A DNA stretch of 64,000 nt from positions 32,465 to 96,464 of the forward strand of contig JAMLHA010000002.1 of NCBI GenBank assembly GCA_023957475.1. Direction: 5' to 3'. Below are positions 1-8,726 of the stretch, in pieces (position 1 is the stretch's first letter; every line of letters begins with the position of its first letter). This DNA is from Crocinitomicaceae bacterium (GTDB lineage: Bacteria; Bacteroidota; Bacteroidia; Flavobacteriales_D; Crocinitomicaceae). The translations under genes were made by a program, and so were the position numbers. The notes under the pieces are model-generated. The model saw only the letters and a program-made list of their open reading frames with translations, had not been told where the DNA came from and did not search any database.

Positions 1-699
1 ATTGAAACAGACCGCCGTATTATTGGACAGAAAATAGCTTTGCTAAAGACTCGATTAGCTGAAATCGATAAGCAAATGGCTACTCAGCGTGGTAATAGAG
101 GACAATTGGTAAGAGTTTCACTTGTTGGCTATACCAATGTTGGCAAGAGCACCATTATGAATTTGTTATCAAAATCAGATGTTTTTGCAGAAAATAAACT
201 TTTTGCAACACTTGACACAACTGTTCGTAAGGTTGTAATTGATAATTTACCTTTTCTTTTAACGGATACTGTTGGATTTATAAGGAAGTTGCCACATCAA
301 TTGGTAGAGTCCTTTAAATCAACTCTTGATGAGGTGAGAGAAGCTGATTTATTGGTGCATGTATTGGATTTAGCCCATCCAAATTTTGAGGATCATTACA
401 AGGTTGTTAATGAAACATTAGCTGAAATTGATAATAAAGAAAAACCAACCATTATTGTTTTTAATAAAATCGATCAATTTCATTATCAGCCGAAAGAGGA
501 AGATGATCTGTCGCCAAAAACACCACAAAACTATACAATAGAAGAGTTGAAAAAAACATGGATGGCTAAAGCCAATAGTAAATGTGTTTTTATATCTGCT
601 TATGAAAAGTTGAATGTTGAAGAATTTAAAGAAATTCTTTATCAAGAAGTGAAGCGTATTTTTCAAGAACGGTATCCCTATAATAATTTCTTGTATTGA
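1..699 (+). CDS. hflX: GTPase HflX, C-terminal part (5' end outside window)
   Basis: Frame open from base 1 (IETDRR...); G1 GYTNVGKST, LFATLDTT, DTVGF and NKID motifs. Confidence 0.95.
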   Translation: METDRRIIGQKIALLKTRLAEIDKQMATQRGNRGQLVRVSLVGYTNVGKSTIMNLLSKSDVFAENKLFATLDTTVRKVVIDNLPFLLTDTVGFIRKLPHQLVESFKSTLDEVREADLLVHVLDLAHPNFEDHYKVVNETLAEIDNKEKPTIIVFNKIDQFHYQPKEEDDLSPKTPQNYTIEELKKTWMAKANSKCVFISAYEKLNVEEFKEILYQEVKRIFQERYPYNNFLY

Positions 700-740
700 T
701 ACCTATTTGAAAACAAGTAAAAAAATTATAATTTTACCTT

Positions 741-2834
741 GTGAGTACATTTTTACAAACATCAATTGAATTTCTAAAGGGAGTTGGCCCACAACGAGCT
801 GAATTACTTAAAAGTGAGTTAGGAATTTATACGTTTGAGGATTTGTTGAATCATTTTCCTTTTCGTTATGTTGATCGCTCTCAGTATCATACTATTGCCG
901 AATCGCAATATTGCGATATGGCGATTCAACTAAAAGGCTATATCATCGAAATCAATGAATCTGGTGTTGGAAGAAAGCGTAAACTAACTGCCAAATTTCA
1001 AGACCAAACAGGTATGATTGAATTAATTTGGTTTCAAGGAATCAAATGGATATTACCAACCTTAAAAAAGGGTGTAGAAATGCAGGTTTATGGAAAACCC
1101 AAGCAATATGGACCTAAATGGAATATGCCGCACCCAGAAATTATTGAATTTTCGAAAGTGAAAGATGATGTTGGACTTCAACCAGTCTATTCTACAACAG
1201 AAAAGTTGACCAATTCAGGTTTGCACTCTAAAGGAATAGAGAAGCTTATAAAAACTTTGGTAGATCAGTTGCCTACTTTAAATGAATCGTTATCCAAACA
1301 GTTGTTAGTAAAACTCAATTTATTGGACAGAACAACCGCTTATAAGCAAATTCATCAACCAAAAACGGAAGAATTTGCTAATAGAGCAAGAAATAGATTC
1401 AAATTTGAAGAACTCTTTTATTTGCAGATGGAATTGTTGGTTAGAAAACAAATAAGTGTTCAAAAAACGAAGGGGTTTATTTTTGAAGAAGTAGGAGAGT
1501 TATTTAATGATTTTTACAAAAGAGGGCTCCCGTTTGATTTGACGGGTGCCCAGAAAAGAGTTATTAAGGAAATTCGTAAAGATTTTTTGAAAGGACACCA
1601 CATGAATCGTTTGCTGCAAGGAGATGTTGGGGCAGGCAAAACATTGGTGGCGCTATTGACAACGTTAATCGGTATTGGAAATAATTATCAAGCTGCAATT
1701 ATTGCGCCAACAGAAATATTGGCAATTCAACATTTTGAAACTATTAAGGAAATGTTGAAAGACTTTCCTGTTGAAGTTGCTTTGTTGACAGGTTCTACTA
1801 AAACAAAAGATCGCCGAGAATTGCATGAGAGATTATTGAATGGAGATATTCATTTGTTGATAGGAACACATGCATTGTTGGAAGATTCAGTACAATTTAA
1901 TAATTTAGGCATTGTTGTCATTGATGAACAGCACCGTTTTGGTGTTGCGCAACGAGCAAAAATGAGGTCAAAAAACACAACGCCACCTCACGTGTTAGTT
2001 ATGACAGCAACGCCAATTCCAAGAACGCTAGCAATGACATTTTATGGTGATTTAGATGTTTCTGTGATAGATGAACTGCCTCCTGGAAGAAAACCCATTA
2101 CAACGGTACATAAAAAGGAGCAAAACCGTTTGACTGTTTTTGGGTTTATACGCGAAGAAATTGAAAAAGGAAGGCAGATTTATATTGTTTATCCATTGAT
2201 TCATGAATCAGAGACATTGGATTTTAACAATCTAATGGATGGTTATGAAGCTATTTCTCGTTCTTTTCCGCTCCCTAAGTATAAAGTGAGTATGGTTCAT
2301 GGTAAAATGAAGCCAGAGGAGAAAGATTTTGAAATGCAACGATTTGTAAATGGAGAAACGCAAATAATGGTTGCAACTACAGTTATAGAAGTTGGAGTGA
2401 ATGTGCCAAATGCCTCTGTGATGATTATTGAGAGTGCTGAGCGTTTTGGATTGTCACAATTACATCAATTACGAGGGAGGGTTGGTAGAGGTGCAGAAAA
2501 GTCTTACTGCATTTTAATGACGGGAGATAAACTGTCGAAAGAAACAAAAAAACGATTGGATACCATGGTTCGAACAAATGATGGGTTTGAAATAGCTGAA
2601 GTTGATTTGCAATTGAGAGGCCCGGGAGATATTATGGGAACGCAACAAAGTGGTGAGTTGAACTTAAGGATTGCCGATTTAGCTAAAGATTCACAGACGG
2701 TTGTTTTAGCAAGAGATGAGGCAAGGGCGCTTTTGGCAGATGATCCATCTGTTGAAAAGCCCGAAAATTTTATTATAAGAGAATTGCTGACTAAAATATT
2801 AAAAGCAAAGCCTAATTGGGGGAGGATAGCATAA
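741..2834 (+). CDS. recG: ATP-dependent DNA helicase RecG
   Basis: LLQGDVGAGKT, IDEQHRFG, MTATPIPRTL, QLHQLRGRVGRG motifs. Confidence 0.97.
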   Translation: MSTFLQTSIEFLKGVGPQRAELLKSELGIYTFEDLLNHFPFRYVDRSQYHTIAESQYCDMAIQLKGYIIEINESGVGRKRKLTAKFQDQTGMIELIWFQGIKWILPTLKKGVEMQVYGKPKQYGPKWNMPHPEIIEFSKVKDDVGLQPVYSTTEKLTNSGLHSKGIEKLIKTLVDQLPTLNESLSKQLLVKLNLLDRTTAYKQIHQPKTEEFANRARNRFKFEELFYLQMELLVRKQISVQKTKGFIFEEVGELFNDFYKRGLPFDLTGAQKRVIKEIRKDFLKGHHMNRLLQGDVGAGKTLVALLTTLIGIGNNYQAAIIAPTEILAIQHFETIKEMLKDFPVEVALLTGSTKTKDRRELHERLLNGDIHLLIGTHALLEDSVQFNNLGIVVIDEQHRFGVAQRAKMRSKNTTPPHVLVMTATPIPRTLAMTFYGDLDVSVIDELPPGRKPITTVHKKEQNRLTVFGFIREEIEKGRQIYIVYPLIHESETLDFNNLMDGYEAISRSFPLPKYKVSMVHGKMKPEEKDFEMQRFVNGETQIMVATTVIEVGVNVPNASVMIIESAERFGLSQLHQLRGRVGRGAEKSYCILMTGDKLSKETKKRLDTMVRTNDGFEIAEVDLQLRGPGDIMGTQQSGELNLRIADLAKDSQTVVLARDEARALLADDPSVEKPENFIIRELLTKILKAKPNWGRIA

Positions 2835-2891
2835 AAAAAAGAAGCTACCCTTAATGGATAACTTCTTCTATGAATTTTAAATTTATATTGA

Positions 2892-3290
2892 TTACTTAGT
2901 AATATCTGCAGCAATTACAAATTTCAAATCGTTTTTAGTGCCAATCTGCAAGACATCAATCAATCGTTGAACTTCCATGTCGTAAGCTATACGTACAACA
3001 ACCGTATTATTTCCCAATTCAGTTGTTTTTGCTAAAAGTACAGATTCAATATCCTCAAAAGCAACAGGTTCTTTGTCAACAAAAAAGCCTTCATCTTTTG
3101 TTACAGATAATGTTAGATGCTTTTGAGATGTTTTTTCAGGAGCATCTGCCTTGGGCAAATCCATTTTTATTACGTTAGGGTTTGCCAAAGTTGAGATAAT
3201 CAAGAAAAAAAGCAACAAGAAGAACATGATGTCACTAAGAGCTTCTCTTGCTATTTCAATTTCGAATCGTTTATTTCGTCTTATCGCCAT
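2892..3290 (-). CDS. exbD: ExbD/TolR family biopolymer transport protein
   Basis: LSDIMFFLLLFFLI transmembrane motif; overlaps the end of the exbB-like gene. Confidence 0.88.
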   Translation of the reverse strand: MAIRRNKRFEIEIAREALSDIMFFLLLFFLIISTLANPNVIKMDLPKADAPEKTSQKHLTLSVTKDEGFFVDKEPVAFEDIESVLLAKTTELGNNTVVVRIAYDMEVQRLIDVLQIGTKNDLKFVIAADITK

Positions 3291-4023
3291 TTGGTCGTTG
3301 AATAATATTAATAAAATCCATATTCACTTTTTGAATATTTAAGACATATGCATCAATTGCACCATTAAGAAGGTGATAAGTTGTAAAGGCGATAATACCT
3401 ACAGCAAGACCAGCACCACTGGCGATCATTTTTTCGTACAAACCAGCAGAGATATTACCGATACTTACATTCTCTGTTACAGAGATACTATAGAAGATTT
3501 TAATAACCCCAGCAATTGTACCGATAAATCCAAGTGTTGGAGCAACCCCAGCAATCATACCAATACGGCCAAGATTTTTTTCCATTTTACCTATTTCGAT
3601 ATTTGTTGCTTTTTCCATGTTTGATTCAATTTCGGAAACTGGTCTTCCAATTGTTAAAATCCCTTCTTTAATCACATTTCCAAAGGCTGTTTTATCACGA
3701 GAAACAGTACTCAAAGCGCTCTCAACATTTCCTTGCACCAAACTATTCTGCATATCATTAAGCAAAGAGGCATCAAATTTTGTTGCTTTTCTAATGTAAA
3801 GAAACTTTTCAATTCCTACGGAAATTGTATAAAACAATAATAGAGCGATTGGAATAATCCAAACTCCTCCCATCATTAAGAAGTCTAAAGCTGAAATTTC
3901 TTTGACTTTATGAGTAGTTGTTTCAACAGCTGCCGTCGTAATTCCTGAATCTTCTTGAGAGAATGCAATTCCAATTGCAAATAGTGCAATGATTAAAGCT
4001 ACTGATTTAAATTTTATTTTCAT
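3271..4023 (-). CDS. exbB: MotA/TolQ/ExbB proton channel family protein
   Basis: APTLGFIGTIAG and MIASGAGL transmembrane motifs. Confidence 0.88.
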   Translation of the reverse strand: MKIKFKSVALIIALFAIGIAFSQEDSGITTAAVETTTHKVKEISALDFLMMGGVWIIPIALLLFYTISVGIEKFLYIRKATKFDASLLNDMQNSLVQGNVESALSTVSRDKTAFGNVIKEGILTIGRPVSEIESNMEKATNIEIGKMEKNLGRIGMIAGVAPTLGFIGTIAGVIKIFYSISVTENVSIGNISAGLYEKMIASGAGLAVGIIAFTTYHLLNGAIDAYVLNIQKVNMDFINIIQRPNGDKTK

Positions 4024-4158
4024 TTTTATAAATTTTTCACGTTAAAATTACACTATATTGAATTTAGAAATAAGATGGTAAAAATTATATTTCAAATATA
4101 GATTGTTAACAACTGAACCAATTGTATTAATAACGATTATTAATGCTTTTATTGTGTT

Positions 4159-4815
4159 TTATTTATTTCCTTTTTCGAAATCAGCTAAAAATTGCTCTAA
4201 CCCTTTATCTGTTAATGGATGATTGGCTAAAGCTTTGATTGCTTTTAATGGGCAAGTTGCCACATCAGCACCAATTTCTGCACAATGAATTATATGCATA
4301 GGGTAACGAACAGAAGCTGCTAAAATTTCTGTTTCGAACATGTAGTTATCAAAAATTACACGAATTTGCTGGATAAGGTCAATTCCATCATAAGAGATGT
4401 CATCTAAACGCCCTAAGAATGGAGATATATATGTTGCCCCAGCTTTTGCAGCCAATAAAGCTTGACCAGCAGAAAACACAAGTGTACAATTTGTTTTAAT
4501 TCCTTTTGAAGAAAAATATTTAATCGCTTTAATGCCTTCAGTAATCATAGGTATTTTGATTACTATATTTTTGTGAAGTTTAGCTAATTCCTCACCTTCC
4601 TTAATCATTTCTTTAAAGTCAGTGGAAATAACCTCTGCAGAAACGGGTCCGTCAACAATTTTACAAATTTTCACATAGTGGTTTAAAATGTTTTTCTTGC
4701 CCGTAATACCTTCTTTTGCCATTAATGAAGGGTTTGTGGTAACACCATCAAGAATACCTAAATCATAGGCTTCTTTAATTTCTTCTAAATTTGCTGTGTC
4801 GATAAAAAATTTCAT
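4159..4815 (-). CDS. fsa: Transaldolase / fructose-6-phosphate aldolase (TalC type)
   Basis: [33 protein letters not shown]. Confidence 0.93.
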   Translation of the reverse strand: MKFFIDTANLEEIKEAYDLGILDGVTTNPSLMAKEGITGKKNILNHYVKICKIVDGPVSAEVISTDFKEMIKEGEELAKLHKNIVIKIPMITEGIKAIKYFSSKGIKTNCTLVFSAGQALLAAKAGATYISPFLGRLDDISYDGIDLIQQIRVIFDNYMFETEILAASVRYPMHIIHCAEIGADVATCPLKAIKALANHPLTDKGLEQFLADFEKGNK

Positions 4816-4879
4816 GAGATTGTTTTTTTATGCAAAGATATAGAATGTTTAGTTTTTTTTAATTTTTTCGATAATTATC

Positions 4880-4903
4880 TACATATCGTAATATTGCGAT
4901 ATG
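4880..4903. promoter_or_regulatory. Palindromic operator upstream of arsR-family gene
   Basis: TACATATCGTAATATTGCGATATG; 22-bp near-perfect palindrome about 90 bp upstream of arsR; exact 24-nt copy at 19507-19530. Confidence 0.7.
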
Positions 4904-4992
4904 ACAAAAAAATGATAAAATATTTTTTTTAAGCGAATCTTTTTTATTAACTTCAATAAGAAATTTTAAACCTACCTTAAATTATTTACAAC

Positions 4993-5409
4993 ATGGGTGC
5001 AACAAAATACGAAGTATATCCAACAGAACTTATTGATGCTGTTGATTTATTAAAAGCAATTTCTCATCCTGCAAGACTACAAATTGTTCAGATGATTTCA
5101 GAAAGTAAAGAGAAAGAAGTTTCTACCAGTGAAATTTTGGAAGCAATTCAACTATCTCAATCCACAATATCTGTGCATTTGAAGGTATTGCACAATGCCG
5201 GTATTATTAATTCCAGAATGATGAAGCAGCGAAATAACAGAACAATTTTAAGCTATGGACTCAATATTGAAGCTTTGAAAATGCTAGAACAATGTCTTGA
5301 TTATCTTGTAATAAGGTTTGATGTAGATGCTAAAAAACTTCATGTATTGTATAATGTTTTTTCTCGATATAAAGAGAATACACCATTGAAAACTTTTTTT
5401 AGCACATAG
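4993..5409 (+). CDS. ArsR/SmtB family transcriptional regulator
   Basis: MGATK N-terminus, KAISHPARLQI, LSQSTISVHLKVL helix-turn-helix. Confidence 0.88.
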   Translation: MGATKYEVYPTELIDAVDLLKAISHPARLQIVQMISESKEKEVSTSEILEAIQLSQSTISVHLKVLHNAGIINSRMMKQRNNRTILSYGLNIEALKMLEQCLDYLVIRFDVDAKKLHVLYNVFSRYKENTPLKTFFST

Positions 5410-5497
5410 ATTCAGAGGTTAAATAAATGTTAATATTGTTAACTTTGGAACGATAATTGCGTCAATAAATTAAATTCACTTTCAAAATTAATGTAAT

Positions 5498-7042
5498 ATG
5501 AAATTTGTTTTATCTTTTATACTGGTTATTGTAGAGTCATTGTCATTTGGGCAAAAACTACGATTTAAAATTTTAGATCAAAAGGATACGATTGTCCATT
5601 TAGTGAAATACAATGGAGCAAAGCTTTTTTATGCTGATACAGCTGTAATAAAAGGAGGATATGTTGAATTTGACGGAGCAAAGCAAAGCCCTGGTATGTT
5701 GGGAGTTTTGTTTCCTGGTCAGCAACTTCTTGAGTTTATCTATAACAATGAAGAAGTTAATATCGAAGCAAAAGGTCCAAATTTTGCTGAAACAATGAAA
5801 ATTAAAAAGTCAGAGGAAAATAAAGTTTTCAATGAATATGTTAAATTCATTACCAGTAAAAGAGGAGAAGCTCAAAAGCTTGCTGATGAAAAAAGTAATT
5901 TAGATAAAAATAGTGATAAAGCAAAAGAATTACAAAACCAAATTGATGCAATCACGAAGGAAGTATATGCCTATCAAAATAATTTATCAAAAATCTATTC
6001 AAATATGTTGATTGGTAAAATGGTAAAGATGACCATTGATATGGAAATTCCAGAACCACCAGTTGATAGTAAGGGAAATATTATCGATTCTAATTTTAGG
6101 TATCACTATTTTAGAGATCATTATTTTGATAATATTGATTTTTCAGTAGATGGATTAGTGAATACACCTATTTTTGGAAATAAAATTGAATACTATTTTA
6201 GCAATAAGATGCTTATTCAGCATTGGGATACCATTTTGAAATATGCCTATAATTTAATTGACCCATTAAATCCAAAATCGAAAGCGTTTGAGTATATTGT
6301 TTCTTATGTTACAAGCACATTTGGTAAGAGCAATCAAATGGGAATGGATAAGGTTTATGTAATGATGGCTGATAAGTATTATTGTTCTAAAAATTCAGAA
6401 GGAAAATCACCGGCATATTGGATGACAAAGGATAAACTTGATGAACTTTGTGAAAAGATTGATGTGCAAAAACACCTTGTAATGGGAGTGAAAGCACCGA
6501 ATATCATCTTGCCAGACACATTGGATAAGCCTTGGGATCAGTTGAATTGGGTTAATTTACATAAATTAAAATCTGATTATACGATCTTGTATTTTTGGGA
6601 TCCAGAGTGTGGGCACTGTAAGAAAGTTACGCCTAAATTATCCGAACTGTATGACAAGAAGTTTAAAGCCAGAAACGTAGAGGTTTATGCTATTGGTAAA
6701 GCTTCTGGAGATGAATACAAAAAGTGGAAAGATTACATAAGGAATAATAAATTAAATTTTATCAATGTTGCTGTAACTGAAACTATTTTGAAAATAGGTA
6801 GAGAGGATGCACGTCAATTAATACCACGATTTACAACATTAGAATCGATGAATATTCATTTGACCTACGATATTTATTCAACACCGAGAATATTTGTATT
6901 GGATAAGGATAAAAACATCATCGCAAAGCAAATTTCTATTTCTCAACTTGAAAATATGATTGATCATATACAAGGAAAAGATGATTTGCCTAAGTTGTTT
7001 CCTCCAGATAAAGAGGAAGATGAGCACATGCAAAGTAAATAG
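5498..7042 (+). CDS. Exported thioredoxin-like (TlpA/redoxin) protein with DUF5106-like region
   Basis: Signal-peptide-like N-terminus; YFWDPECGHCKK CxxC; STPRIFVLDKDK. Confidence 0.8.
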   Translation: MKFVLSFILVIVESLSFGQKLRFKILDQKDTIVHLVKYNGAKLFYADTAVIKGGYVEFDGAKQSPGMLGVLFPGQQLLEFIYNNEEVNIEAKGPNFAETMKIKKSEENKVFNEYVKFITSKRGEAQKLADEKSNLDKNSDKAKELQNQIDAITKEVYAYQNNLSKIYSNMLIGKMVKMTIDMEIPEPPVDSKGNIIDSNFRYHYFRDHYFDNIDFSVDGLVNTPIFGNKIEYYFSNKMLIQHWDTILKYAYNLIDPLNPKSKAFEYIVSYVTSTFGKSNQMGMDKVYVMMADKYYCSKNSEGKSPAYWMTKDKLDELCEKIDVQKHLVMGVKAPNIILPDTLDKPWDQLNWVNLHKLKSDYTILYFWDPECGHCKKVTPKLSELYDKKFKARNVEVYAIGKASGDEYKKWKDYIRNNKLNFINVAVTETILKIGREDARQLIPRFTTLESMNIHLTYDIYSTPRIFVLDKDKNIIAKQISISQLENMIDHIQGKDDLPKLFPPDKEEDEHMQSK

Positions 7043-7119
7043 TCTGTCTTTTGGCAAATCGCAAGTGTTTTTTGGGGAGTTGTTTTTTGTAATGTAATTT
7101 TTAATAAGTTTACGCCACG

Positions 7120-7773
7120 ATGGATAGCTCATTACTTATACAGAAAATAACTTCTTTTGTTAAATCGCAATATTGCGATATCGCATCTGGACATGAGTGG
7201 TATCACATTAATCGTGTGAAAAACAATGCACTACACCTCCAATCAATCGAAGGCGGTAACAAAACCATCATCGAAATAGCCGCCTTATTGCATGACATAT
7301 CCGATTACAAATTCAATGGTGGAGACGAATACCTTGGTGGAGACGTATCCTACAACGCTGTTATAGATTGTGGTGGATCAGAAGAATTAGCAACATTGAT
7401 TAAAGAAATTGTAAATAGCATATCTTACAAAGGAGCCAACGTTGCCGATACAACCACTTCCTTAGAAGCTAAAATTGTGCAAGATGCCGACCGATTAGAT
7501 GCGCTTGGAGCAATTGGTATAGCAAGAACATTTGCTTATGGAGGCTCCAAAGGAAGTCCAATTTACGATCCAACTATTCATTACCAATTACACGATAGTT
7601 TTGATAAGTATAAAAATGCAAAATCAACTTCTATTAATCATTTTTATGAAAAATTATTACTTTTGGGAGATAAAATGCATACAAACTCAGCTAAGTTAAT
7701 AGCTAAAGAAAGAACCAATTTTATGAAAGAATTCCTTTCTCATTTTTATGAAGAGTGGGAGTGTAAGTATTAA
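7120..7773 (+). CDS. HD-domain phosphohydrolase (YedJ-like)
   Basis: GHEWYHINRV, ALLHDISD, QDADRLDALGAIGIAR. Confidence 0.88.
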   Translation: MDSSLLIQKITSFVKSQYCDIASGHEWYHINRVKNNALHLQSIEGGNKTIIEIAALLHDISDYKFNGGDEYLGGDVSYNAVIDCGGSEELATLIKEIVNSISYKGANVADTTTSLEAKIVQDADRLDALGAIGIARTFAYGGSKGSPIYDPTIHYQLHDSFDKYKNAKSTSINHFYEKLLLLGDKMHTNSAKLIAKERTNFMKEFLSHFYEEWECKY

Positions 7774-7775
7774 TT

Positions 7776-8726
7776 ATGTTGGATAGAGAACTAGCTTTGG
7801 GAATAGATATTGGCGGTACTAATACAGTATTTGCTATTGTAGATAGTGAAGGAAACATTCATTTCGAAAAATCGATTAAAACGAAAGATTTTAAGCAACC
7901 AGAGGATTTGGTGAATGAAATATACAACCAGTTACAAAAAAACTCATTGCTTCAAAATATTATTGGAATAGGTGTTGGAGCTCCCAATGGGAATCCTTTT
8001 AATGGAAATATTGAGTTTGCACCAAATTTACCTTGGAAAGGAATAATACCCTTGGCTTCAATCATTGAAAAAAAGTTTAATAAAAGCTGTAAAGTAGATA
8101 ATGATGCCAATATTGCTGCTTTAGGAGAAATGAAATTTGGAGTGGCCAGAGGGTTAAAAAATTTCGTTACCATTACATTAGGTACAGGATTGGGAAGTGG
8201 AATAGTTGTTGATGGAAGAGTGGTATATGGAGAAAATGGCTTTGCAGGTGAGTACGGACATATTCGAGTAGAGAAGGAGGGACGAGTATGCGGTTGTGGT
8301 AGAAAAGGGTGCTTAGAAACCTATGTTTCTGCAACAGGTGTAGTGAGAAGTATTCGTGAGCATGACTCAAAAAACCAAGCAAGTTCTATCTTACAAACAA
8401 TTGCTCATCCAACTAGTTTAGATGTTGTAAATGCAGCTAAGGATGGCGATAAGTTTGCAACAGAAATATTGGATTTCACAGCAAAAACATTAGGAGAATC
8501 TTTAGCAGATTTTATGTGTTTTTCCAACCCCAAAGCTTTTGTATTGTTTGGAGGTTTGGCAAAAATTGGAACAAGTTTCGCCGAAAATGTAGAAAAATAC
8601 ATGAATGATGCGGCTTTAAATATTTATAAAGGCAAAGCAAAAGTTTTAGTTTCTGATTTACACGATAAAAATGTAGCGCTTTTAGGAGCTGCGGCCTTGG
8701 TGTTTCACGAACTGAAATATTCTTAG
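7776..8726 (+). CDS. ROK family sugar kinase (glucokinase-like)
   Basis: GIDIGGT, NDANIAALGE, TLGTGLGSG, GEYGH, CGCGRKGCLE. Confidence 0.92.
   Translation: MLDRELALGIDIGGTNTVFAIVDSEGNIHFEKSIKTKDFKQPEDLVNEIYNQLQKNSLLQNIIGIGVGAPNGNPFNGNIEFAPNLPWKGIIPLASIIEKKFNKSCKVDNDANIAALGEMKFGVARGLKNFVTITLGTGLGSGIVVDGRVVYGENGFAGEYGHIRVEKEGRVCGCGRKGCLETYVSATGVVRSIREHDSKNQASSILQTIAHPTSLDVVNAAKDGDKFATEILDFTAKTLGESLADFMCFSNPKAFVLFGGLAKIGTSFAENVEKYMNDAALNIYKGKAKVLVSDLHDKNVALLGAAALVFHELKYS

Noticed and set aside
2892-4023. exbB/exbD without tonB
   Set aside because: Orphan exbBD pairs are common in Bacteroidota.
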